Positions 28,903 to 39,639 of a stretch of DNA of 64,000 nucleotides are shown piece by piece. Source of the stretch: SAR202 cluster bacterium. Lineage in GTDB: Bacteria > Chloroflexota > Dehalococcoidia > Lucifugimonadales > Australimonadaceae. The stretch lies in the NCBI GenBank assembly GCA_016872415.1, contig VGZX01000004.1, positions 3,879 to 67,878 of the forward strand, read 5' to 3'. The position numbers and the translations under genes are program-made. Under the pieces are notes generated by a model. It was given only the letters and a program-made list of their open reading frames with translations. It made no database searches and was not told where the DNA came from. Every line of letters begins with the position of its first letter. Position 1 is the stretch's first letter.

Positions 28903-29379
28903 CTAGCCGCCATGGGGCCATGAATAGGGCAACGGTGGCTCCAGGTAATCGCGTCGCAGCGGGTGGCCCTTGAAGCCTTCCCACGTGAGGATGCGCTTTA
29001 GGTTGGGGTGGCCCGAGAACACGACGCCGAGCAGATCGTAGGCCTCGCGCTCTTGCAGCTCGGCCCCCTTCCACAGGACGGAGACCGACGGCAGCGTCGG
29101 CCTTTCGCGGCCGAACACCCGCGCCTTGACCACGGCGGTCGCGTTCCGTGGAATCGAGGTGAGACGGTAGACCACATCGAAATGCTCGACATAGTCCACC
29201 GCCGTCACCGAGCTCAACAGGTTGAACTCGAGGCCTTGCGTCTCCTTTAGCAGCGCGCACACTTCGCGGATGGCGTCGGGCCGCACCCACACCGCCTCGG
29301 CGTCCGCCATCAGCGCCGTCTCGGGAAGGCGTTGGTTGATGGACGTGACTAGCTGCCCGCCGGGCATGACGGTGCTCAC
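28903..29379 (-). CDS. nuoC: Complex I subunit C
   Basis: TAVDY, EREAYDLLG, GHPNLKRIL, GHPLRRDY. Confidence 0.94.
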   Translation of the reverse strand: MSTVMPGGQLVTSINQRLPETALMADAEAVWVRPDAIREVCALLKETQGLEFNLLSSVTAVDYVEHFDVVYRLTSIPRNATAVVKARVFGRERPTLPSVSVLWKGAELQEREAYDLLGVVFSGHPNLKRILTWEGFKGHPLRRDYLEPPLPYSWPHGG

Positions 29380-29380
29380 G

Positions 29381-30022
29381 TCACGATCCCGCCGGCGCGT
29401 GGCCAATGCTGTAGTGCTTGATCTTCTCGTGGAGCTGCATGATGCCGTAGAGCAGCGCGTCGGGGCGCGGCGGGCAGCCGGGCACGTAGACGTCCACCGG
29501 CACGATGTGGTTCACGCCGGGCACCACGCTGTAGCCCTGGTAATAGGGGCCGCCGGAGGTGGCGCACACGCCCATGGCGATGACCCACTTTGGCTCGGCC
29601 ATCTGGTCGTAGATGCGGCGCACGGCCGGGGCCATCTTCCAAGTCAGCGTTCCGGACACGATGAGCAGGTCGGCTTGCCGCGGCGTCGCCCGCATGACCT
29701 CCATGCCGAAGCGGGAGATGTCGAAGCGTGACATGGCGGAGGCGATCATTTCGAACACGCAACACGCCAAGCCGAATGCGACCGGCCACACCGCCGACTT
29801 GCGCCCCCAATTAAGGAGGGCGTCGACGGAGGTTACCGCGACGTTCTGCTTCAGGTCGTCCGGAACGACGATCGTGGGATCGGGGAACGCTTCCTGGGCG
29901 CTCCACTTGATCTGCTCGATCGTCTCTCCCTCTATGCGGTCGATGTCCCACGCCGTTTGGTCCGACCGGCCCTGGCCGTATGCCGTTCCATCGGAGAGGC
30001 CATGTTGGGGTGCGTGCAGCAT
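29381..30022 (-). CDS. nuoB: Complex I subunit B
   Basis: [30 protein letters not shown]. Confidence 0.96.
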   Translation of the reverse strand: MLHAPQHGLSDGTAYGQGRSDQTAWDIDRIEGETIEQIKWSAQEAFPDPTIVVPDDLKQNVAVTSVDALLNWGRKSAVWPVAFGLACCVFEMIASAMSRFDISRFGMEVMRATPRQADLLIVSGTLTWKMAPAVRRIYDQMAEPKWVIAMGVCATSGGPYYQGYSVVPGVNHIVPVDVYVPGCPPRPDALLYGIMQLHEKIKHYSIGHAPAGS

Positions 30023-30505
30023 CGTGAAGCCGTTCTTTCTAGGCGCCGGAGCGGCGGGCGGCTAACAGCTTTTGAGTGGAATCCACCACCGTGGCGAGCA
30101 TAGCACAGGGGTTGTGAGCCAACAAGTGAAATGAAGCACAATCGATCGCAAGGGTAGCGTACCTCATGTTCCCTATCGTTTTTCAGGCTTGGAAGCGGCC
30201 CTGTGGCCTGACGCGCTGTTGCGCGCTATTTCGCGCTGATCACCACGTCTTGCCGCCACGGGATGCGCGGTGCCGTCATGGCCGTGGCGGGAACGTGGAC
30301 TCGTGGTCACAGTTGGCGGCGCGGGTGCCGACGCCGCGTTCCGCTCGTCCGTGCATGCCGAGGCTCGCCCGCGCTGACGCGTGCGGGCCAGGCCTATCGC
30401 CAGCGGTGGCGCGTGGGCGCAAGCGCGGCTTTCCCTGGGGCGGCGCCGCCATGCGTCGAGGCGGTGTCTCTGATAGCCTGCGGGCATCAACCTCCGAGGC
30501 ACTCC

Positions 30506-31138
30506 ATGGCTGACCACAGCGCCCGACTGGCCCAGATCACCAACGGAGCCCTGGAGCTCTTCACTGAGAAGCATCGCGTCCGCGAGCGCGTGATCGTCCT
30601 CTCCCGCGAGGTGATACGACACTCCGCGAACGCCATACGCGCCGTTCAGCGGACGGAGCTGGACCAGGCTGGGGAGATATTGCACGAGGCCCGCGTGCGC
30701 CTGCGGGAAGCGCAGGCACTCCTCGTCAACCATCCGGACTTGAACTACACCGGCTACTCGCAGGACGCGCAGAAGGAGTACGCGGAGGCGTGCTGCGTGC
30801 TGGCCTTCATCGGTGGAGGGCAGCTGCCCCTACCCGACGAGATCGGCGTGGACGTGGCGTCGTACCTCAACGGCCTCGCGGAGGCGGCCAGCGAGCTGCG
30901 GCGTTACATCCTCGATTCGCTACGCCGCGACCAGGACGAGCACTGTGAGGAGCTATTGGGCGTGATGGACGGTGTTTACAACCTGCTGGTCGTGATGGAC
31001 TTCCCCGATGCACTGACCAATAACCTCCGGCGCACGACGGACCAGCTGCGCGGCGTGCTGGAGCGCACCCGTGGCGACTTGACGATGGCGCTTCGCCAGC
31101 GGCGGCTGGAGCGCCTGCTGGCCCAGCACGAGCCGTAG
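30506..31138 (+). CDS. Translin/Trax (C3PO-like) family protein
   Basis: RERVIVLSREVIR, QKEYAEA, YLNGLAEAASELRR, LRRTTD. Confidence 0.85.
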   Translation: MADHSARLAQITNGALELFTEKHRVRERVIVLSREVIRHSANAIRAVQRTELDQAGEILHEARVRLREAQALLVNHPDLNYTGYSQDAQKEYAEACCVLAFIGGGQLPLPDEIGVDVASYLNGLAEAASELRRYILDSLRRDQDEHCEELLGVMDGVYNLLVVMDFPDALTNNLRRTTDQLRGVLERTRGDLTMALRQRRLERLLAQHEP

Positions 31139-31369
31139 CCCGCTTCGCGGTGGCATTGCCGGCGAGGCGCGCCTGCCGGTGCCACGTCCGCGATGCATGT
31201 CGCGATCGCGACTTTAGCCTTGGCGCGGCGGCTTCGGGAGGCGTCGCGGCTGCGCGCTCGCCTTGACGATGCGGCGGACAGGATGATAACGTGCCGCGCG
31301 GTCATGGCGCCCAACTTGGGCGCCGGCACCGGTTCGCACTTTTTACACCGGCATACGGAGGGATTGCAC

Positions 31370-33418
31370 ATGACTGGCCTGTGGTTGGCCATTGGTTCAG
31401 GCGTGCTCGCACTATTGTTCGCGGGCTACCTCGCCCGCAAGGTCTTGAGCCATGACGAGGGCAATCAGGCAGTGCGCGACATCGGCCGTGCGATCCAAGA
31501 AGGCGCCAGCGCCTTCCTTGGTCGCGAATACCGCGTCCTGTCCATCTTCGTGATCGCCGTCACGCTGATCCTGCTCGGCGTCGGCCTTTGGGTCGAGGGC
31601 CAGGAGCCGATGACCGCCGTCGCGTACATCACAGGCGCCATCGCGTCCGGCGTCACCGGCTACATCGGCATGTACATCGCGGTGCGCTCCAACATGCGCA
31701 CGGCCACGGCCGCCATCCAGGGCCTCAACCCCGCGCTGCGGGTGGCCTTCTCCAGCGGCGGCGTCATGGGCATCACGGTGGTGGGCATCGGCGTGCTGGG
31801 CGCCGCGATCCTGTGGATCATCTTCGAGAACCCCAGCATCGTGGCGGGCTTCAGCTTCGGCGCATCCAGCATCGCGCTGTTCGCCCGCGTGGGCGGCGGC
31901 ATCTACACCAAGGCCGCCGACGTGGGCGGCGACCTTGCCGGCAAGGTCGAGGCCGGCATTCCCGAGGACGACCCGCGCAACCCGGCCGTCATCGCCGACA
32001 ATGTCGGCGACAACGTGGGCGACGTGGCCGGCATGGGCGCCGACCTCTTCGAGTCGTATGTCGGCGCCATCATCGGCGCGCTCGCGCTGGCGGGAACGGT
32101 GGCGTGGTACGGCGGCGTCGTCGAGGCGGGCCGGCCCAGCTACGTGCTGCCGTTCCTCATCGCGGCGGTCGGCATCGTCGCGGCCATCATCGGCACCTTC
32201 GTCGTGCGCACGGGCGAGAAAGCCGACATCAACCAACTGTTGTGGGCGCTGCGGCGCGGCATCTTCACGGCCGGCGGCCTCAGCCTCGTGTTCTCGTTCG
32301 CGGCCATCTTCTGGCTTTTCCGCGTGGCGAACGACATCCCCATGACCGAAGTGTGGAAGGTCTTCGCCGCGGTCGTGTCCGGCCTCATCGGCGGCGTCAT
32401 CATCGGCCTGGCTACCGAATACTACACGGCCTACACTAATAAGCCGGTGCAGGGCATCGCCGACCGCGCCGAAACCGGCCCCGCCACCGTCATCATCAGC
32501 GGTTTCGCCGTCGGCATGATGAGCACGGTCATCCCGCTCCTCGTCATCTGTGGCGTGGTGCTCATCGCCTACCAGGCCGCCGACCTCTACGGCATCGCGA
32601 TCGCGGCCGTCGGCATGCTGTCGACCCTGGGCATCACCTTGGCGACCGACGCCTACGGCCCCGTTGCCGACAACGCCGGCGGCATCGCCGAGCAGGCGCA
32701 CCTGCCGAGCCACGTGCGCGAGCGCACCGACGCGCTCGACTCATTGGGCAACACCACGGCGGCCACCGGCAAGGGCTTCGCCATCGGCTCCGCGGTCCTC
32801 ACCGCCCTCGCCCTCATGGCCGCCTACGCGGCGTCGGTCGGGCTCACCACGGTCGACCTGCTGCGGCCCCAAGTCCTCGTGGGCGTGCTCATCGGCGCGC
32901 TCATGCCGTTCGTGTTCAGCGCGCTCACGATGGAGGCCGTCGGACGCGCGGCTCAAGACATGGTGGAAGAAGTGCGGCGCCAGTTCCGCGAGATCCCCGG
33001 CCTGCGCGAGGGCAACGTGGGCGTCAAGGCCGACTACGCTCGCTGCGTCGACATCAGCACGCGTGGCGCCCTCCGGGAGATGATCGTTCCCGGTCTGCTC
33101 GCCGTCATCATTCCGATCGTGGTGGGCGTCATTCCGTTCCTGGGCGCCGACGCAGTCGCCGGCTTGCTCGCTGGAGCCATCTCCTCCGGCGCGCTGCTTG
33201 CCATCACCATGGCAACCGCGGGTGGGGCCTGGGACAACGCGAAGAAATACATCGAGGCCGGCCACCACGGCGGCAAGCGTTCCGAGCCCCACAAGGCCGC
33301 GGTCGTGGGCGACACCGTGGGAGACCCGTTCAAGGACACCTCCGGCCCGTCGCTCAATATCCTGATCAAGCTCATGTCCATCGTGGCGTTGGTTTTCTCG
33401 GCCACGTTCCACGTCTGA
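31370..33418 (+). CDS. hppA: Membrane pyrophosphatase, K+-dependent, probably Na+-pumping
   Basis: GGGIYTKAADVGGDL, IPEDDPRN, DNVGDNVGD, GNTTAA, GDTVGDPFKD. Confidence 0.97.
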   Translation: MTGLWLAIGSGVLALLFAGYLARKVLSHDEGNQAVRDIGRAIQEGASAFLGREYRVLSIFVIAVTLILLGVGLWVEGQEPMTAVAYITGAIASGVTGYIGMYIAVRSNMRTATAAIQGLNPALRVAFSSGGVMGITVVGIGVLGAAILWIIFENPSIVAGFSFGASSIALFARVGGGIYTKAADVGGDLAGKVEAGIPEDDPRNPAVIADNVGDNVGDVAGMGADLFESYVGAIIGALALAGTVAWYGGVVEAGRPSYVLPFLIAAVGIVAAIIGTFVVRTGEKADINQLLWALRRGIFTAGGLSLVFSFAAIFWLFRVANDIPMTEVWKVFAAVVSGLIGGVIIGLATEYYTAYTNKPVQGIADRAETGPATVIISGFAVGMMSTVIPLLVICGVVLIAYQAADLYGIAIAAVGMLSTLGITLATDAYGPVADNAGGIAEQAHLPSHVRERTDALDSLGNTTAATGKGFAIGSAVLTALALMAAYAASVGLTTVDLLRPQVLVGVLIGALMPFVFSALTMEAVGRAAQDMVEEVRRQFREIPGLREGNVGVKADYARCVDISTRGALREMIVPGLLAVIIPIVVGVIPFLGADAVAGLLAGAISSGALLAITMATAGGAWDNAKKYIEAGHHGGKRSEPHKAAVVGDTVGDPFKDTSGPSLNILIKLMSIVALVFSATFHV

Positions 33419-33435
33419 GGGGGAGGGTAGGCGCC

Positions 33436-34233
33436 ATGGACCTTGAACTGAAGGGCAAGGCCGCCCTGGTGACCGGCGGCAGCCGGGGTATCGGCAAGGC
33501 CGTGGCATTCGCACTCGCGCGCGAGGGCGCGGACGTCGCCATCTGCTCGCGGCACGAGGCCGAGGCGAAGGCGGCGGCCGAGGAGGTCGCCAAGGCGACC
33601 GGCGCCAAGGTCGTCGGCTTCCCGGCCGACACGTCCAAGGCCCACGACATCGAGCGTGTCGTGGCCGGTACCGTGAAAGCCCTGGGGCGGCTCGACATCC
33701 TCATCAACAACGCGGCGCGCGTCGGCGGCACGGCGCCCGACAGCCTTGCCACCGTGACCGATGACTTGATCGTTTCGGACTTCGAAACGAAAGTGCTGGG
33801 CTATGTGCGGTGCGCGCGCGAAGCCGTGCCGCACATGGCCCGCAACGGCTGGGGCCGCATCGTCAATGTCAGCGGGATGGCCGCGCGCATGGCGGGCGGG
33901 GTGAGCGGCGGCATGCGTAATGCTGCGGTCGCCAATCTGACGAAGGTGCTGGCCGACGAGCTGGGGGCGCAGGGCATCAACGTGAACTGCGTGCACCCCG
34001 GCGCGGTGGTGACCGAGCTGTTGCAGAACCGCCTCCAGCAGCAGGCGAGCGCGCGCAAGGTGGGCACCGAGCAGATCGAGCAACAGATGGCGCAGAACAA
34101 TGCCATCCGTCGCATCGTGACCGCCGAGGAGATCGCCGTCGTCATCGCGTTCCTCTGCTCGCCCAAGGCGGTCTCCATCACCGGCGAGAACATCGGCGTT
34201 TCGGGCGGCGGCTCGCGCGCCGTCTTCTACTAG
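33436..34233 (+). CDS. SDR family oxidoreductase
   Basis: TGGSRGIG, LDILINNA, VNCVHPG; atypical MRNAA in place of YxxxK. Confidence 0.9.
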   Translation: MDLELKGKAALVTGGSRGIGKAVAFALAREGADVAICSRHEAEAKAAAEEVAKATGAKVVGFPADTSKAHDIERVVAGTVKALGRLDILINNAARVGGTAPDSLATVTDDLIVSDFETKVLGYVRCAREAVPHMARNGWGRIVNVSGMAARMAGGVSGGMRNAAVANLTKVLADELGAQGINVNCVHPGAVVTELLQNRLQQQASARKVGTEQIEQQMAQNNAIRRIVTAEEIAVVIAFLCSPKAVSITGENIGVSGGGSRAVFY

Positions 34234-34243
34234 GCCGGCGGCC

Positions 34244-34831
34244 ATGGTCTTGAGCGACCGCAGCATCCGCCAAGCCCTGCAAAGTGGGCACATCGTCATC
34301 AAGCCGCTCGGCGAGAACGCGGTGCAGCCCGCGAGCGTCGACGTACGCCTCGACCGCAAGATACTGGTCTTCCGCAACGACCGCGTGCCCTTCATCGACC
34401 TGCGCGCCAATACGGAGCGCCTCACCGAAATGGTCACCACCGGCGACGACGACCCGTTCATCCTGCACCCGGGTCAGTTCGTGCTCGGCAGCACGCTGGA
34501 GCACGTCGAGGTGCCGGCCGATCTCGTTGGCCGGCTGGAGGGCAAGAGCTCGCTAGGGCGCGTCGGCCTGCTGATCCACTCGACGGCAGGCTATGTCGAC
34601 CCCGGTTGGAAGGGTCACCTGACGCTGGAGCTCAGCAATGTGTCCGCATTGCCCATCACGCTCTATTACCGCATGAAGATCGGGCAAATCTCATTCTTGC
34701 AGCTCACGACGCCGGCCGAGCACCTCTACGGTTCGGCGGAGCTCGGCAGCAAGTACCAAGGGCAGACCGACCCGACGCCGAGCCGCGTTTCCCAGGATTT
34801 CGTCGAGCGCAAGCCGAAGCGGAAGCCTTAA
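34244..34831 (+). CDS. dcd: dCTP deaminase
   Basis: QPASVDVRL, EGKSSLGRVGL, TAGYVDPGW, SKYQGQ. Confidence 0.96.
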   Translation: MVLSDRSIRQALQSGHIVIKPLGENAVQPASVDVRLDRKILVFRNDRVPFIDLRANTERLTEMVTTGDDDPFILHPGQFVLGSTLEHVEVPADLVGRLEGKSSLGRVGLLIHSTAGYVDPGWKGHLTLELSNVSALPITLYYRMKIGQISFLQLTTPAEHLYGSAELGSKYQGQTDPTPSRVSQDFVERKPKRKP

Positions 34832-34881
34832 TACCTTCGGCGCTTGCCGATTCGCCCATCCGCCTCCGATACTCTACGGCT

Positions 34882-35979
34882 ATGCCTGCATCGCCTTCTC
34901 CCTACATGGCCGAGGCACTCGCCCTGGCGCGAGAGGGGCTCGGCACGACCAGCCCGAACCCGTCCGTCGGCGCCGTGCTCGTCAATGAGGGCCGCGTCGT
35001 CGGCAAGGGGCGCACGCAGCCGCCCGGACAAGCGCACGCCGAGATCGTCGCGCTGCGCGAGGCCGGCGAGGCCGCCCGCGGCGCCACCCTCTACGTCACG
35101 CTGGAGCCTTGCGCGCACCATGGCCGCACCCCTCCCTGCGCGGACGCCATCGTCGCTGCGGGAGTGCGCGAGGTGCGCGTCGCGACGCTCGACCCCAACC
35201 CCAAGACGGACGGGAAGGGGGTCCGGGTGCTGCGCGAGGCGGGCATCGGTGTGACGATTGGCGACGGCGAGGCCGATGCGCAGCAGGCGATCGAGGCCTT
35301 CGCGAAGCACGTCCGCACGGGGCTGCCGTTCGTGACCGCTAAATTCGCCATGAGCCTAGATGGCAAGGTGGCGACACGCGCCGGCGACTCCATCTGGATC
35401 ACGGGGGAAGAGGCCCGCCGGGTGGCGCATCAGCTGCGCGCCGAATCCGACGCCGTGATGGTCGGCGTGGGCACGGTGCTCGCCGACAACCCGCGCCTCA
35501 CCGTGCGCGACGTCCCGACCAAGGGCGACCGCCAGCCGATGCGCGTCGTGATCGACAGCGAGGGCCGCACGCCGGCGGACGCCGCGCTGCTCTCGCAGCC
35601 CGGCCAAACGCTGGTGGCCGTGGCCGATATCGCCGCGAGCCAGCGCGCGTGGAAGGGCGGCTCGGGCGCCGTGCTACTGCCGGGCGAGGACGGGCGCGTG
35701 GACTTGCGCGCGGTGCTCGAGCTGCTCGGGCAGCAAGACGTCACCTCGGTGCTGGTCGAGGGTGGCCCAACGCTGCTCGGCTCGCTGTTCGACGCCGGCC
35801 TCGTCGATAAGGTCATCGCCTTCGTCGCGCCCACGATCATCGGCGGCGAGACGGCGAAATCGGCGGTCGGAGGCCTTGGCGCCGCGCGCATGGCCGATGC
35901 GCTGAGACTGCGCGACGTCAGCTACCGGCAAGCCGGGGACGATATGATGGTCATCGGCTATCCGGCGCGGGAAGAGTAG
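34882..35979 (+). CDS. ribD: Bifunctional riboflavin deaminase/reductase
   Basis: PNPSVGAV, HAE, TLEPCAHHGRTPPC, SLDG, VEGG. Confidence 0.96.
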   Translation: MPASPSPYMAEALALAREGLGTTSPNPSVGAVLVNEGRVVGKGRTQPPGQAHAEIVALREAGEAARGATLYVTLEPCAHHGRTPPCADAIVAAGVREVRVATLDPNPKTDGKGVRVLREAGIGVTIGDGEADAQQAIEAFAKHVRTGLPFVTAKFAMSLDGKVATRAGDSIWITGEEARRVAHQLRAESDAVMVGVGTVLADNPRLTVRDVPTKGDRQPMRVVIDSEGRTPADAALLSQPGQTLVAVADIAASQRAWKGGSGAVLLPGEDGRVDLRAVLELLGQQDVTSVLVEGGPTLLGSLFDAGLVDKVIAFVAPTIIGGETAKSAVGGLGAARMADALRLRDVSYRQAGDDMMVIGYPAREE

Positions 35980-35982
35980 GCA

Positions 35983-36573
35983 TTGTTCACGGGTATCGTG
36001 GAAGAGGTCGGCATCGTCAAGGCGGCGTCACGCCATCGCCTGACGGTCGGCGCGAAGTCCGTGTTGAACGACCTGCGCCTCGGCGACAGCATCGCGGTCA
36101 GCGGGGCCTGTCTCACGGCGGTTGAGATCGACGCCGAGGGCTTCACGGTCGACCTCTCCGAGGAAACAATCGACCGCACCAATCTCGGTGTCTTACGGCC
36201 CGGTGGAGCAGTCAACCTCGAACGCGCCATGCGGGCCGATGGACGCCTGGGCGGTCACATGGTGCAAGGCCATGTCGACGGCGTGGGCACCGTCGTCTCC
36301 TTCGACGGCCCGGAGGAGGGCCGCGTGCTGCGCGTCGAGGCCCCGCGCGCCCTGCTGCCCTACATCGTCGAAAAGGGGTTCATCGCCGTGGACGGCATCA
36401 GCCTAACCGTCACCGGTGTCAGCGACAGCTATTTCACCATCGCCGTGATACCGTATACATGGCGGCACACCGCGTTGCGCCACCGCAGGCCAGGCGATGG
36501 CGTTAACATCGAGGTGGATATTCTCGCCAAGTATCTGGAGCGGCTGCTGGCCGCCCAACGGATTGCTCGGTAG
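35983..36573 (+). CDS. ribE: Riboflavin synthase
   Basis: [29 protein letters not shown]. Confidence 0.96.
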   Translation: MFTGIVEEVGIVKAASRHRLTVGAKSVLNDLRLGDSIAVSGACLTAVEIDAEGFTVDLSEETIDRTNLGVLRPGGAVNLERAMRADGRLGGHMVQGHVDGVGTVVSFDGPEEGRVLRVEAPRALLPYIVEKGFIAVDGISLTVTGVSDSYFTIAVIPYTWRHTALRHRRPGDGVNIEVDILAKYLERLLAAQRIAR

Positions 36574-36584
36574 GAGAGCGCCCG

Positions 36585-37796
36585 ATGCCTTTGGCCACCG
36601 TGGAAGAAGCGATCGAGGAGATACGCGCGGGCAGGTTTGTCATCATCGTCGATGACGAGGACCGCGAGAACGAGGGTGACTTGGCGGTCGCGGCCGACGC
36701 CGTGACGCCCGCCGCCATCAATTTCATGCTGCGCCTCGGCCGCGGCCTCATCTGCGTGCCCATGACCGGCGAGCGGCTCAAGGCCCTCGACCTCGACCTC
36801 ATGGTGCCGAAGAACACTTCGCGCTACTCCACCGCTTTCACCGTCTCCGTGGACGTGCTGAACGGCGGCACCGGCGTTTCCGCGTTCGATCGCGCGGCCA
36901 CCGTGCGCGCGTTGCTGGACCCGGCCACCAAGGCGAGCGACCTCGCGCGGCCCGGGCACATGTTCCCCCTGCGCGCGCAGGAGGGCGGCGTGCTGGTGCG
37001 CGCGGGCCAGACCGAGGCTTCCGTCGACCTGGCCCGCATGGCGGGTAGGGCGGAGGCGGGCGTCATCTGCGAAATCCTCAACGAGGACGGCACGATGGCC
37101 CGCATGCCCGAGTTGGAGAAGCTGGCCGCCGAGCACAACATCAAGATCGTGAGCGTGGCGCAGATCATCGCCTACCGCCTCACGCACGAGCGGCAGGTGG
37201 AGCGCATCGCCGGCGCCCGCATGCCCACCAAGTACGGCGAGGCGCGCATCATCGGGTTCAAGTCGGCGGTCGACCCCGCGGAGCACGTCGCGCTCGTTTT
37301 TGGCGAGGTCGATACCGACGAGCCCGTGCTCGTGCGCGTGCACAGCGAATGCGTCACCGGCGACGTTTTTGGCAGCCTGCGGTGCGATTGCGGCACGCAG
37401 ATGCAGATGGCGCTGGCCGCCATCGGACGCGAAGGCCGTGGCGTGTTCCTCTACATGCGCCAGGAGGGCAGGGGCATCGGGTTGCACAACAAGATCAGGG
37501 CTTACGCGCTGCAAGACACGGGCCTGGACACCGTCGAGGCCAACCGCGAGCTCGGCTTTCCCGCCGATTTGCGGCACTACGGCATCGGCGCCCAGATACT
37601 CGTCGACCTCGGTGTCAAGAACATGCGTCTTCTCACCAACAACCCGCGGAAGGTTGTTGGGCTGGAGAGCTACGGCCTTCACATCTTGGAGCGGCTGCCC
37701 GTGATTGCCGCCCACAACCCCGAAAACCTGCACTACCTCGAGACCAAGCGTGACAAGCTGGGTCACCAGTTTGGAGACCTGACGCCCAGCGGCTAA
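36585..37796 (+). CDS. ribBA: DHBP synthase / GTP cyclohydrolase II
   Basis: [40 protein letters not shown]. Confidence 0.97.
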   Translation: MPLATVEEAIEEIRAGRFVIIVDDEDRENEGDLAVAADAVTPAAINFMLRLGRGLICVPMTGERLKALDLDLMVPKNTSRYSTAFTVSVDVLNGGTGVSAFDRAATVRALLDPATKASDLARPGHMFPLRAQEGGVLVRAGQTEASVDLARMAGRAEAGVICEILNEDGTMARMPELEKLAAEHNIKIVSVAQIIAYRLTHERQVERIAGARMPTKYGEARIIGFKSAVDPAEHVALVFGEVDTDEPVLVRVHSECVTGDVFGSLRCDCGTQMQMALAAIGREGRGVFLYMRQEGRGIGLHNKIRAYALQDTGLDTVEANRELGFPADLRHYGIGAQILVDLGVKNMRLLTNNPRKVVGLESYGLHILERLPVIAAHNPENLHYLETKRDKLGHQFGDLTPSG

Positions 37797-37891
37797 CGCC
37801 GCGCGCCCACCGTCTCCTCGCCCGGCCGCCTTGCGTTGAGCCAAAGCGACTGCGTCTGTTTCGCGACGGCGCGAAACGGTAGAATGGAGTC

Positions 37892-38380
37892 ATGGCACGC
37901 GAGTTGAAGGGCACGCTCGACGCACAAGACTTGCACGTTGGCATCATCGTTTCCCAGTTCAACGAGTTCGTGACGTCAAAGCTCCTGGCCGGCGCCCGCG
38001 ACGCCCTGCGGCGCCACGGTGTCCGCGAGGAGCGTGTCACGGTGGTATGGGTGCCCGGCGCGCTGGAATTGCCGCAAGTGGCGCAGCGCATGGCCGACTC
38101 CGGCAAGTGGGACGCGCTGATCGCGCTGGGCTGCGTCATCCGTGGCGAGACGTCGCACTATGACGTGGTGGCGAACGAGTCCGCCCGAGGCATCGCCGAA
38201 GTCGCGCGCGCCACTGGTGTGCCCGTCACGTTCGGGGTGCTGACGACGAATGACGCCGATCAAGCGGCGGCGCGCGCGGGCGGCAAGCTCGGCAATCGCG
38301 GTTATGACGCCGCCGAATCGGCAATCAAGATGGCGAGCCTCTACCGGCAGCTTGCGGTGGAGCCCACGCCGGTATCCTAG
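37892..38380 (+). CDS. ribH: Lumazine synthase
   Basis: VPGALELP, GCVIRGETSHYD, FGVLT. Confidence 0.97.
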   Translation: MARELKGTLDAQDLHVGIIVSQFNEFVTSKLLAGARDALRRHGVREERVTVVWVPGALELPQVAQRMADSGKWDALIALGCVIRGETSHYDVVANESARGIAEVARATGVPVTFGVLTTNDADQAAARAGGKLGNRGYDAAESAIKMASLYRQLAVEPTPVS

Positions 38381-38399
38381 GGCGGTTAAGAGGACGACT

Positions 38400-38858
38400 G
38401 TGACCATCAAGCAGCGGCTAGACGAAGACCTGAAGAACGCGATGCGGACGCAGGATACCGTGACGCGCGACGCCGTTCGTCTTATCCGCAATCAGATCAA
38501 GAACGTGGAGATCGACAAGCACAAGGAACTCGATGACACCGAGGCCGTCGAGGTGCTCACCAAGATGGTGAAGCAGTACCGCGACAGCATAGAGACCTAC
38601 AAGCAGGGCAACCGGCAAGACCTGGTCGACAAGGAGCAGGCCGAACTGAACGTGGTGCTGCGCTACATGCCCCAGCAGATGTCGCGCGACGAGATACTCG
38701 CCGCCGTCGAGCGCGCGACGGCGGAGACGGGAGCCAAGGGCCCGGCTGACAAGGGTAAGCTCATGGGCAAGCTCATGCCGGCGGTGCGCGGCAAGGCCGA
38801 CGGCAATCAGGTGAACGCAGTGGCGACTGCGTACTTGGAGTCGCTCGCGAAGTCTTAA
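38400..38858 (+). CDS. GatB/YqeY domain protein
   Basis: [35 protein letters not shown]. Confidence 0.9.
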   Translation: MTIKQRLDEDLKNAMRTQDTVTRDAVRLIRNQIKNVEIDKHKELDDTEAVEVLTKMVKQYRDSIETYKQGNRQDLVDKEQAELNVVLRYMPQQMSRDEILAAVERATAETGAKGPADKGKLMGKLMPAVRGKADGNQVNAVATAYLESLAKS

Positions 38859-38871
38859 GGCATGTGAGTGC

Positions 38872-39609
38872 ATGGCAACCATCACGGACAACAAGGCCCG
38901 CTTCGGCATCCTGGTCTTTCCGGGCACTTGGAGCGACGGCGACTGCCATAGCGCCGTGAGGGACGCGCTCGGCGAGGATGCCGCGTTCGTCTTTCACAAG
39001 GAAACCGACCTTTCGCGATTCGACTGCGTGGTGCTGCCGGGCGGCTTCTCCTATGGAGACTACCTGCGCCCCGGCGCCATCGCGCGCTTCTCTCCCGTCA
39101 TGCAAGCGGTGTCGCGCTTCGCGGAGCAGGGCGGGCTCGTCATCGGCATTTGCAACGGTTTCCAGATACTCTGCGAATCGGGCTTGTTGCCCGGCGCGCT
39201 GATGCGAAACAACCACCTGGAGTTCCGCTGCCAGCAAACGTACCTTCGCGTCGAGCAAGCCAAGGCGCCGTTCACCTCGCGGGCGGCCGCCGGCCAGGTG
39301 CTCGCCATTCCCATCTCGCACGGCGACGGCAACTACTACGCCGACGATGCGACGCTGGCCCGGCTGGAGGCGAATGGGCAAATCCTGTTCCGCTATGCCA
39401 CCGCCGACGGCCAGGTGACGCCGGAAGCCAACCCGAATGGATCGCGTGGCAACATCGCCGGCATCGTCAACGAACGAGGGAACGTCCTAGGCATGATGCC
39501 CCACCCGGAGCGCGCCGTCGAGGCGCTGGTTGGCGGCACCGACGGCCTCGTCATCTTCCGTTCCATCGCCGACGCCATCCGCTCGCGTGCCGCGGCGCCT
39601 CACCACTAG
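38872..39609 (+). CDS. purQ: FGAM synthase glutaminase subunit
   Basis: [30 protein letters not shown]. Confidence 0.97.
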   Translation: MATITDNKARFGILVFPGTWSDGDCHSAVRDALGEDAAFVFHKETDLSRFDCVVLPGGFSYGDYLRPGAIARFSPVMQAVSRFAEQGGLVIGICNGFQILCESGLLPGALMRNNHLEFRCQQTYLRVEQAKAPFTSRAAAGQVLAIPISHGDGNYYADDATLARLEANGQILFRYATADGQVTPEANPNGSRGNIAGIVNERGNVLGMMPHPERAVEALVGGTDGLVIFRSIADAIRSRAAAPHH

Positions 39610-39639
39610 GCTGGCAATCCGCTCTGAAGGAACGACCGC

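Noticed and set aside
30166-30513. ORF 30166..30513, or a hidden nuoA in this gap
   Set aside because: Arg/Cys/Gly-rich and not protein-like; no three-TM frame or YECG motif on the minus strand.
34832-34881. FMN riboswitch before ribD
   Set aside because: The gap is only 50 nt with no RFN motif, and the promoter looks leaderless.
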